NCBI GenBank assembly: GCA_038204425.1
Contig: JBBRCZ010000003.1
Span: forward strand, 150,383 to 214,382
DNA from: Spirochaetia bacterium
Lineage (GTDB): Bacteria > Spirochaetota > Spirochaetia > DSM-27196 > Salinispiraceae
Length of the DNA stretch: 64,000 nucleotides
Direction of reading: 5' to 3'
The first letter of the stretch is position 1. Each line of letters starts with the position of its first letter. The notes beneath the pieces are model-generated. The model had not been told where the DNA came from and did not search any database. It saw only the letters and a program-made list of their open reading frames with translations. Of this stretch, positions 9,117 through 17,657 are shown piece after piece. Made by a program: the position numbers and the translations under genes.

Positions 9117-12100
9117 TTATTCAGATAAGAAGTAATCCTTGTCGTAACCAAGGTCTCTTGAGTGTGGGTAGCGGCGCAGCAAAACACTAAAGTACTTACG
9201 AGCTTCATCGGGACGTTTGGTTTTCTTATAGTAATCACCCATTATTCGATAAGCATCGTAGGTTTGGCGGTTATCGTATTTTTCTAAATAGGCTTTGGTC
9301 GCATATGGTTTTACTAACTCCATCGCCTCAATCCAGCTACTTTGTTCAGGCATATTGTTGAGCAGCCTTGCTCGTTCTATATCAATGTACATCTTGCCGG
9401 GGCCTGTTAATGACATGGCCAAAAACGTCCCCGTCGCGATTACAAAAACCACAACTGCCACAATAAAGACGGGTCTAAAGTGTTTAAACTCCAAAGCCGC
9501 TATGCGCTTCCTAAAGATGATTACCGGTATCATTAGCAGTGTCAGAATCAGGCCAATATATTCATCAGCACTGCGTTGGTAAACCAATTCAACATCTGCC
9601 TGTTCTGGATAAATCAACATAAAACCTGGCGCCACTGGATAGAGCTTCTCGCCGTTTTTGGACTTCCAACTTGGCGCAAAAGAAATCTTGATAATATGAG
9701 GTTTGCCAACTTGCGTGGTTTTAAACGTCACCAAGTGATCGCCTACAGATTCGTTGCTAACTTGTGCCAGAGTATGTGTTTGAGCATAGGACCGCCATTC
9801 GTCGCTGCGGAAGAAGCGTTGATGAATATCATCGTAACTTCCAAAGTTGCTAGCTACTTTCTGTTTTAACAAGTCATCGCTAAAGGACTCGGGCACAAAA
9901 GGACGTGCCACTAGTTCATAGTCTCTATAGAAGCGGTAGAAATCAGTCTTAAATCCACCCGCAGAGTCTTTGACTATCGACAAAGCATCGCTGGGCAAAA
10001 TGTCTATATAGGAGCTCTTAAAGCCCTTAAATTCAAAGACATGAAACTTGCCCCATGCTCCAAACAGCTGAAAGTCGGGGTGATTGCGAAAGTGTTCAAG
10101 AATACCATCAGAGTAGGCAATTATAAAACGGGCATTGGCTTGCGTAAAGCGAAGTGGCCAGGTTGGCGGATCAACTTTTGAATAGAGTCGATGGGCCTCT
10201 GGGTCAACTGGACTTGGTGAGTAGGTGCTCTGTAGATAAGTTGTCTGACGTGACATAAAACTAGACCCATAATGTATGCCTTCCATAGAAGGTCGACCCG
10301 TAAAGTGGAAGAGGTTTTCAAAACCGCGCTCGGAACCAAAGTCGGCGTTATCGGCTTGTGGTTGTTTTTCCCACAAAATTCTTCCGTCATTAATGTTTCC
10401 TCGCACCGCATCTGACATTGCCGTGAGGTTGTTCCATTCTCGTTTGTCTTCGTAACCTGTATAGTTCCAGCGGAACCAGCCAGGGGCATTTACGCCAATT
10501 AAAGGTATAAGCACAAGTGCTATTATCAAAAATACTAGTACTGCTAGCGGACGTACCACGCCCTGCTTAAATTTTTTCATGGCCAAAAAGTTTGACTCCA
10601 TAAAAATCATGTAAGCAAAGATTGAGACAATCAGTGCAGCAGGTACAAAGCGAATGCCCGGAATCTCCAGTACCGTCGCTGCGAGAAACATAAAGGCGCA
10701 GGCCGCCATCGCATAAAGAATGTACGCCCCCTGATAAGCAAAGCGATTGGGACTTCCATCTGCAAGTAAAGCGTTTTTGCTGCGCCTGTTCTGAAATATT
10801 ATGGCAATTGCTGCTATGCTTGCCCCAACCCAAACGGGCATCAACATGGTGCCAGCGGCCTCGGCAAAGCTATTAAAGTGCCAAATCATAGAAATACTTT
10901 GGGCCCACTTCCGCGTCAGTACCATTGGCACAATCCAAAAACCCATCATAAGTACGCCAACCAGGTAAGTAAAGGGAATCTGTAGAACCAGTGCTTGGGG
11001 ACGGGCTTCTAGCAGTGCCAACGCCGGCAGCCTGGCCTTTTTTTCCTTAGCAAAAAAATGTCGTGATCTAAACGCAAAAAAGAATGGCAAAAAGAAGGCC
11101 ACCATCAAGACAAATATATGAGATAGGCCAATTATGCCCAGCAGCACGCCAGACTTTAGCGACCAGGTTCGGCTGTGGTGATCCTTCCAAACTGAAGCAA
11201 TAAAAAGTGGCAAGAAAGCAATGGCCCAAGAGTAACAGAACTCACCAGCGAAGGTCGACAAGAGATTGCCGCCAAACATGGTGTAGCTCTCGTTAAATAG
11301 GAACAGTAAGCTTAAACTGCTGCCAGCAAGTGCCGTCCAGTGATTCTTGCTCATCGACTTAACAGCAAAGAACGTTGTTAGGGGCAGGGCAAAGATCCCA
11401 AGAAAGGTGGCAATCTTGAGGGCCACAGTAAGCGGCATTACGTAGCCAAGTAAGGCGGGAAGCAAAAAAGGTAGAACGAAGTAATGCTGACCTTCGAGGT
11501 AGCCAAAAAAGTTTGAGTGGCTGTAGCCAAAAAGTCTTAGGTTGGGCAAAAACTCCTCTTTTAGTGCTTGGAGTGGTTGATACCAAGAGGCCGTGTCTCC
11601 ACCCGTAACTATAGTATCTGTAAAGAGAAGTGGGAGTTCAAAGCGAGACAACATAAAGAAATAGATCACAAAAAGGCCAACTAAGGAACTCAAGACAACA
11701 AAAGATTTTTTCTTTACCAAGCGATTAAGACTGAGTAACTTGTTGTGCCTTAGAAAAAGTTTGGTTTCTTTGCTTCGATTGACAACAATCAGGATTGCAA
11801 GTGGGTAGGCAATTGCCAGAGCCAATAAAAACGTTATGCCAAGGATTTTGATTAAGGCGTGAATAACTGCTATTGTTGCGACGGTAATAGCTTGTGAACT
11901 GTCTACCGCGCTAGCGCTCTTGTCAAAAAGCCCAACAATTGCCGAACTTGCCTCGCGGGTAAACTGGGCAAAGCCGCCACTTAGCATTTGCGAGATGGTA
12001 TCGTTAAAGCCATTTAGGTTGCTCACATACCAGGTAACAACGCCAAGCACCGCGACATGCATCATTAAGACAGCGCCCCATTGGGTAGTTGCAACGCCGA

Positions 12101-12368
12101 TTCGCTTAGATCGCAGCAAAAATAAGCCAGAAACCAGCAAATAAATTGGTACGAGCACCAATACCAAGGAAGAAACAGCAGTTTGCGTAGAAAAGATAAA
12201 GCTGTTGCTAGGAAGTGTCAAAAAACTTGGAATCAGTAGGCCAAGTCCGTATATCCCCGGTATTAGGCCTATCAAACCCACCAAAAGGTTGAAAAGGCCC
12301 AAACGGCTTAAGTGAGAAGGGACTTCAAAAGATCTATTGCTTAGCGTTGCTTCACTCGGGTTTGACAT
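9117..12368 (-). CDS. Large polytopic membrane protein, GT-C/'PTPS-related'/YfhO-like glycosyltransferase, with C-terminal TPR-like helices
   Basis: More than 13 hydrophobic segments; GGDTASWY after a TM helix, FGGNLLSTFAGEF, WFRWNYTGYE, LIKISF.P.W-like motifs; AAGGAG SD. Confidence 0.6.
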   Translation of the reverse strand: MSNPSEATLSNRSFEVPSHLSRLGLFNLLVGLIGLIPGIYGLGLLIPSFLTLPSNSFIFSTQTAVSSLVLVLVPIYLLVSGLFLLRSKRIGVATTQWGAVLMMHVAVLGVVTWYVSNLNGFNDTISQMLSGGFAQFTREASSAIVGLFDKSASAVDSSQAITVATIAVIHALIKILGITFLLALAIAYPLAILIVVNRSKETKLFLRHNKLLSLNRLVKKKSFVVLSSLVGLFVIYFFMLSRFELPLLFTDTIVTGGDTASWYQPLQALKEEFLPNLRLFGYSHSNFFGYLEGQHYFVLPFLLPALLGYVMPLTVALKIATFLGIFALPLTTFFAVKSMSKNHWTALAGSSLSLLFLFNESYTMFGGNLLSTFAGEFCYSWAIAFLPLFIASVWKDHHSRTWSLKSGVLLGIIGLSHIFVLMVAFFLPFFFAFRSRHFFAKEKKARLPALALLEARPQALVLQIPFTYLVGVLMMGFWIVPMVLTRKWAQSISMIWHFNSFAEAAGTMLMPVWVGASIAAIAIIFQNRRSKNALLADGSPNRFAYQGAYILYAMAACAFMFLAATVLEIPGIRFVPAALIVSIFAYMIFMESNFLAMKKFKQGVVRPLAVLVFLIIALVLIPLIGVNAPGWFRWNYTGYEDKREWNNLTAMSDAVRGNINDGRILWEKQPQADNADFGSERGFENLFHFTGRPSMEGIHYGSSFMSRQTTYLQSTYSPSPVDPEAHRLYSKVDPPTWPLRFTQANARFIIAYSDGILEHFRNHPDFQLFGAWGKFHVFEFKGFKSSYIDILPSDALSIVKDSAGGFKTDFYRFYRDYELVARPFVPESFSDDLLKQKVASNFGSYDDIHQRFFRSDEWRSYAQTHTLAQVSNESVGDHLVTFKTTQVGKPHIIKISFAPSWKSKNGEKLYPVAPGFMLIYPEQADVELVYQRSADEYIGLILTLLMIPVIIFRKRIAALEFKHFRPVFIVAVVVFVIATGTFLAMSLTGPGKMYIDIERARLLNNMPEQSSWIEAMELVKPYATKAYLEKYDNRQTYDAYRIMGDYYKKTKRPDEARKYFSVLLRRYPHSRDLGYDKDYFLSE

Positions 12369-12543
12369 ACAGCTGCTCCTTAATTATCTCTGGTTTAGCT
12401 TATAGCTCGTGATTAGGTTATAACACGGAATTTCTTCAAAGTCACCACGATATTCGAGCGTCTTGCTTTACAATTAGTCCTTGCTTGTCAACTTTCTTTT
12501 CTTATTCTGGCAGAACCAAAGTCGCTCAGACTATACTTATCTG

Positions 12544-13779
12544 GTGAGCAACTTTGACATGATTCATGAAGCCGCATTCTTGATGCCAGGTTTTGATTGT
12601 CTGCCGGTACCAATTGTGCTTCTTGACGACAACTTAATGGTGATTTACCACAACCCAGCCGCCCAACGAGCATTAGCACGACCTTTTAGACCAGGGCACG
12701 CACTTGGTGAGCGAATGCTAGAACAAGCTCTCGCGACTACGCTCTATCAAGCCTTATCTGGCCTGAGTGAGAACGATAGATTAGAAAAAGATCTTAAGTT
12801 TAAAAATGATGATGGACCGGCTGTCAGCGGTATAGTGGTTGCAAGTCGACTGGTTGCTCATTTGGGGGAGCACCGATCGAGCTTTCTTATCGTTTATACG
12901 GATATAACCAATCGATCTGCCATGGAAAATATCATGGAGTCTAGTTTTGACAACTTTATTCAAACGACCATAAATTTGGATGACGCACTTAAACGCATTA
13001 AGATGCAACGAACCGTTTTGTCGCGTTTTAAGCAAAGGATTACCAAAGAACTCGATGTAGCGAGAACGGTGCAAAAAAGTATCATCGCCAGTCATTTTCC
13101 CACTAGTTTGGCTTTTGAAAGCTTTGGAACCAATAGGCCGAGTGAAGAAATTGGCGGCGACTACCTCGATGTAATCCAACTCGATAGTCATCATATGGGA
13201 TTTATAGTTGCTGACGTCTCAGGCCATGGAGTTGCTCCGGCCTTGGTAACGACGATTCTTAGAGCTTGGGTGCATGATCTTTTTCCAAAGCACCAACATT
13301 TGGGCAGTTTTTTTTCCGTTCTCAACAAACTTGTCTATGATACCTTTAATACAACAGGGTTTTACTTGACCGCTTTTGGCATGATTTTGAACACCACCAG
13401 TGGCGAAATGGAGCTTTGTTCGGCAGGGCACGATGCAGTAATTCGGGTGCGAGAAATGGACTGCACCGACTTGGGAACCAAATCCGGTGGGCGAGTTATC
13501 GGTGCCCTTGAAGACAGTAGTTTTACTTCACAGATGGTGCAACTTGTTCCTGGGGATCTCATTGTTTGCCATACTGACGGTATTAGTGAGGCACGGACAA
13601 AAGATGGCGCGTTTTATGGGCGCGAACGTATGGCTGATTTTATTCGTTCCAAACGGACGCACACTTTAAAAGAAATTGTAACCGAATTATTGGCCGATGT
13701 AGATAGCTTTTCAATGGGTGAGAAGGCCCACGATGATCAGACGGTTCTTTTGATCCGGTGGAAAACCAGTCTCGATTAA
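12544..13779 (+). CDS. PAS-domain SpoIIE/RsbU-type PP2C serine phosphatase
   Basis: PIVLLD...YHNPAA PAS start; IGGDYLD, VADVSGHG, SAGH, HTDGISE, DDQT. Start uncertain (12481-12583). Confidence 0.85.
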   Translation: MSNFDMIHEAAFLMPGFDCLPVPIVLLDDNLMVIYHNPAAQRALARPFRPGHALGERMLEQALATTLYQALSGLSENDRLEKDLKFKNDDGPAVSGIVVASRLVAHLGEHRSSFLIVYTDITNRSAMENIMESSFDNFIQTTINLDDALKRIKMQRTVLSRFKQRITKELDVARTVQKSIIASHFPTSLAFESFGTNRPSEEIGGDYLDVIQLDSHHMGFIVADVSGHGVAPALVTTILRAWVHDLFPKHQHLGSFFSVLNKLVYDTFNTTGFYLTAFGMILNTTSGEMELCSAGHDAVIRVREMDCTDLGTKSGGRVIGALEDSSFTSQMVQLVPGDLIVCHTDGISEARTKDGAFYGRERMADFIRSKRTHTLKEIVTELLADVDSFSMGEKAHDDQTVLLIRWKTSLD

Positions 13780-13796
13780 ACTAATCTCGCGTTTTC

Positions 13797-14399
13797 TTAA
13801 ATGCTTAGACCTGACCAAAAAGGGTGCTGCCACAGCAATGACGAAAAAATAGAAATTGCTCCACGGGTAAAAAACATAGTAACTTGATGAATAAAGACCG
13901 ATAGTGGGCTGTTGACTGGTGTTCTTTGGTAGCCGCCGGTTACAAAGGCTACATGGTGGGGTAACAATGTTTTGAACATCTGCAGTCGGTTTTCTATAGT
14001 AAGGCTATCATCTTTATTATAGAGATCAAGCGGGGTAAACAAACCGGAGCTTACTATAGCGTAGTAGAATATGTTGCGGTACTCTGGAAATTCCTTGGGA
14101 AATTCCTCAAGCCATTCGGCGGAATCAGTAAGATCGCCTTGAGAACTGGTACCATAAACTGGCAAAAAGCCTTCTTTTTTAACATGTTTTTCCCAAAACT
14201 TATCGAGTTTGAGCCATTGTTCACGTTCTTCACCAATCAAAAAAGTCTTTCTTGCGGCTTCTCTCCAATCGTACATTGCCATTTGATGGTAGGTGGCCGA
14301 GATCATAATCATGCCTTTTAATATGCCGAGTATCAGATACGCCAAGACCACTATCTTCAATATTAAATGTAAGGCCTGCTTCATTTTCTCTGTTGGCAT
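13797..14399 (-). CDS. Hypothetical membrane-anchored protein
   Basis: ORF with N-terminal TM segment; AGAGG SD before ATG 14399. Confidence 0.55.
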   Translation of the reverse strand: MPTEKMKQALHLILKIVVLAYLILGILKGMIMISATYHQMAMYDWREAARKTFLIGEEREQWLKLDKFWEKHVKKEGFLPVYGTSSQGDLTDSAEWLEEFPKEFPEYRNIFYYAIVSSGLFTPLDLYNKDDSLTIENRLQMFKTLLPHHVAFVTGGYQRTPVNSPLSVFIHQVTMFFTRGAISIFSSLLWQHPFWSGLSI

Positions 14400-14640
14400 C
14401 AAAAAACCTCTTCGCTCAAACACTAATGGGAACTTTGGTAAAGTATCAAAGGCTTGCTTGGCGTGCAAGACTGTTAGCTCAAGCTCGATGCTATTATGCC
14501 TGTACTATCGCCCAAATGGCAACCATGCTGACTTGCTTGCCTTGTTATTGTCTCATGCAATAATAGCTTACAAAATTAGTAACAAAATAGTTTTGACATT
14601 GGGCAGGACTGGCTTTATGGTTAATTTATGGAGATTTAAG

Positions 14641-15330
14641 ATGAAAAAAATATCAAGCTTAGTTTGCTTCGCTTTGGTTTTGCTATCCTTGGCGCTACTG
14701 ATGTCACAAAGTCCTCAGAATAGTAGCCAACGAGCCGCCACAAGCACGAGCGTCAAGGCCGATTTTAGATTGATTTTGGTCTACGCGGACGATGAGGATC
14801 AACTCCAGGTTATCGACAAAAGTGGCAAGGCGAACAAAATCAGAATTGGTGAGGAACTTATGCAAGGTAGTACCATTGTGAGTCAAAAGACAGCAGCTGA
14901 ACTTGAGCTTAAGGCTACGGGAACCTTGCTTAGAATTAACGCTAATTCTCGCATGCGTTTTGACCAATTGCCAAAAAAATCAGGTGAACAAACGCTGATA
15001 GGACTGCTGGTCGGAAAAATTAGAATAGCCGCAGCCAAATCAACTAACAGCGATCCGTCACTCAAAATAGTGACACCGACCGCTGCAGCTGGTGTGCGAG
15101 GAACCGACTTTGTCATGATGGTCAATCCTGGCTTAAAGGATTGGATTTGTGTACAAGAAGGATTGGTACAGTTTACTAAGTTAGCAACTTCTAAGACAGT
15201 CGACGTTGGGCCAGGATTATTTGCAGAAACCTACGATGCAGTATTTGAAGCCAAACCAGCCGGTGCCGAACGTCTTGCCAAAATTTTTGGCGATGTAGTA
15301 TTTAGTTCTCGGAAAGCTATCATTCAGTAG
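14641..15330 (+). CDS. Exported FecR-domain protein
   Basis: Signal peptide; LLRINANSRM, LLVGKIR, IVTPTAAAGVRGTDF, VQEGLV FecR motifs; GGAG SD. Confidence 0.8.
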   Translation: MKKISSLVCFALVLLSLALLMSQSPQNSSQRAATSTSVKADFRLILVYADDEDQLQVIDKSGKANKIRIGEELMQGSTIVSQKTAAELELKATGTLLRINANSRMRFDQLPKKSGEQTLIGLLVGKIRIAAAKSTNSDPSLKIVTPTAAAGVRGTDFVMMVNPGLKDWICVQEGLVQFTKLATSKTVDVGPGLFAETYDAVFEAKPAGAERLAKIFGDVVFSSRKAIIQ

Positions 15331-15418
15331 GTTTAAGAGCTTGCTTGCGAAAGCAAGTTGCTTGTGAGATACTTTGCTTGCTCAGAAATCTTGACCTTAT
15401 TAGGAAATGTTAGACTAA

Positions 15419-16813
15419 ATGTCCAAGGCAATAGCAAAATCTTTAGGCGAATTTATTGACCAAGCAAGCTGTCCACAACAGGTAGTGCAGGCTCTAATTG
15501 ATCTAGGTCGACAAAGTGGTGCATTGGACCTGTCGCTGGATCAAGCTTGGCGTCTTAAGCCTGGCACTAGCTATATAGTGCCAATTTATGCTCGTTCTGC
15601 TTTGTACTTTAGCTTGCCAACCCTGCAGGATGCCTCGTTGCCTCTGTCATTTGCATGTGCTGCGGCCCATACCGACAGTCCTTGCTTTAGGCTCAAAACC
15701 AATGCCACTATCTACGACCAAGGCTTACTAATTACGGGGACAGAACCCTACGGCGGTGTCATAGTGGGCTCTTGGTTGGATAGGCCACTCAAAGTTGCTG
15801 GAACTGTCGTCTGGCGTGACCCGATTAGCAAGGCTCTCAAGGAAAGCTTGCTTGAGTTTCCTGATCTTATCTTGAGTATTCCGCAGCTGGCAATTCACTT
15901 TAATAGAGAAGTAAACAAGGGTTTTGAGTTTAACCCACAGACGCAGTTGCGGGCTTTTTGTCCTGTTGTGGATACCAATGGCCCTGCCAAGGCTTGGGAA
16001 CGGATAGCGGCGGCCAGACTCTTTGACTCTGGCTTGAGTGCGAGCATTCCTTCGACTGATGACATCTTGGCATTGGATCTTTTTCTGGCTGACCGACAGG
16101 GAGCATTGCTAGTAGATCACGACGGACAGCACCTCAGTGCGCCGCGGCTCGACAACTTGGCTGGGTGTCATGCTCTGTCGCAAGCTTTTTGGGCCACTAA
16201 GAACGCCAAGCATATCAACGTAGCATTTTTTTTTGACCACGAGGAAATTGGAAGCCAATCTCTTGCAGGGGCGGACTCCGTGTTAGCCTTGCGTCTACTC
16301 AGGCGACTATTTCGTTGTCTACTTGCTCACTATGTGGATGAAGATCAGCGGTTATGGGAAGAGCATTTTGATCAAGCCCTAGCACGCTCGCTCTTGATAA
16401 GTGTCGACGCTGCTCACGCCCAGCATCCAAATTTCCCCGATAAACATGATGCGGCCTATGCACCAAAGTTAAACCAAGGATTGGTTCTCAAGCATAACGT
16501 TGCCCACAAGTATGCAACTCAAGTCAGCTTAGCCGCTTGGATGCGCGATTTTTGCTCTAAACACGCGATAGATCTGCAAGACTACACTAATCGTGCCGAT
16601 ATGGGATGTGGTTCTACACTGGGACCTTTGTTGAGTTCTCAGTTGGGCATGCCGGCTTTAGATTGTGGCATTCCACTTTTGGCCATGCACGCCAGCCGGG
16701 AATGGGCTGGCAGTCGTGATCAAGAACACTGTATAAGATTTTTGAAAGCGTTCTATAAGGAGGGCACAAATGAAAAGAAACAAACTTTGCACCAATCGAA
16801 CAGGCCTAGTTAG
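15419..16813 (+). CDS. apeB: M18 family (aspartyl) aminopeptidase
   Basis: AAHTDSP, EPYGG..SWLDRPL, RLDNL, FDHEEIGS, SVDAAHAQHPN, CGSTLGP, LAMHASRE. Confidence 0.9.
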   Translation: MSKAIAKSLGEFIDQASCPQQVVQALIDLGRQSGALDLSLDQAWRLKPGTSYIVPIYARSALYFSLPTLQDASLPLSFACAAAHTDSPCFRLKTNATIYDQGLLITGTEPYGGVIVGSWLDRPLKVAGTVVWRDPISKALKESLLEFPDLILSIPQLAIHFNREVNKGFEFNPQTQLRAFCPVVDTNGPAKAWERIAAARLFDSGLSASIPSTDDILALDLFLADRQGALLVDHDGQHLSAPRLDNLAGCHALSQAFWATKNAKHINVAFFFDHEEIGSQSLAGADSVLALRLLRRLFRCLLAHYVDEDQRLWEEHFDQALARSLLISVDAAHAQHPNFPDKHDAAYAPKLNQGLVLKHNVAHKYATQVSLAAWMRDFCSKHAIDLQDYTNRADMGCGSTLGPLLSSQLGMPALDCGIPLLAMHASREWAGSRDQEHCIRFLKAFYKEGTNEKKQTLHQSNRPS

Positions 16814-17318
16814 CCTAGTGGGTCGTTTTGGCCTTATAGTTGGCCTGTTTTCTTTGACGAGTCTCCTAGTGGCACAAGAAAGCACCGCTACTAGCACAAC
16901 TACTCTGCAGTATATGCAAACTAGTACTACAAGTACGCTTGCTACTCAAGTTGCTGGGTTTAACATGTCGCCGAGCGCAGGATTGATAGGTGCTTGGCGC
17001 GCAGAAAAAGCAATTTTGGAACTGTTTGGCAACCTCAAAGAACTCAACGGAACAGAGCCATTGTATTTCTCAAGCATTAGGTTTGACAGTGCAACTGCAG
17101 GAGCATTTGTGATTCCAGGAAAAATTGGCGAACAGACTTTTGAATTTGACATTAGAGATGGTCAACTCACCATCGCTTACGGTTCACGTCTCAGACCACA
17201 GATTGACCTTTTTCGATTCTTGCCGCTTAGTGACGGCAGTCTCTATCTTCGTTCGACTCGTTTATCTGGCGCCTCCGGGGGAGTTACTTACATTCTACGG
17301 CGAACAAACACTCAATAA
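16770..17318 (+). CDS. Hypothetical exported protein (Thr-rich linker, lipocalin-like LIGAW start)
   Basis: Signal-like hydrophobic segment ending VAQ, Thr-rich tract; AAGGAGG SD. Confidence 0.6.
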   Translation: MKRNKLCTNRTGLVSLVGRFGLIVGLFSLTSLLVAQESTATSTTTLQYMQTSTTSTLATQVAGFNMSPSAGLIGAWRAEKAILELFGNLKELNGTEPLYFSSIRFDSATAGAFVIPGKIGEQTFEFDIRDGQLTIAYGSRLRPQIDLFRFLPLSDGSLYLRSTRLSGASGGVTYILRRTNTQ

Positions 17319-17555
17319 ATGTCAAACAAAAAATTATATATTGGCAATCTCAGCTATGTAGTACAAGGCGAAGATCTTCGTAAACTTTTTCAGAGTTACG
17401 GAGAAATAAACGATATCCAAGTAATCGAAGGCAAGGGTTACGGGTTTGTTGAGTTTGCCCTAGTAGATCAAGCCCGTGCGGCAAAGAAAGCCCTTGATGG
17501 TGCAATTTTTAAAAGCCGTGTCTTGCGGATAGATTTTTCCCAAGAACAAGCTTGA
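17319..17555 (+). CDS. RRM (RNP) RNA-binding protein
   Basis: RNP2 LYIGNL and RNP1 KGYGFVEF. Confidence 0.88.
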   Translation: MSNKKLYIGNLSYVVQGEDLRKLFQSYGEINDIQVIEGKGYGFVEFALVDQARAAKKALDGAIFKSRVLRIDFSQEQA

Positions 17556-17598
17556 TTGCTTTGCCGACAAGTTGCTAAGATACTAAGCGATTACCGCC

Positions 17599-17627
17599 TT
17601 GACCTGTCTACTCGGAAGGGATAGCTT
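17599..17627 (+). promoter_or_regulatory. Putative sigma70 promoter of smc
   Basis: TTGACC-N17-TAGCTT. Confidence 0.45.
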
Positions 17628-17657
17628 TAAACGGAAAAGTGCGCTTAGGGAGCTGCT

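Noticed and set aside
14293..14640. Long N-terminal extension of the FecR ORF
   Set aside because: Overlaps the opposite-strand gene; SD and signal peptide start at 14641.
15338..15363. Hairpin CTTGC-GAAA-GCAAG after the FecR gene
   Set aside because: Short stem without a clear U tract; too weak to call.
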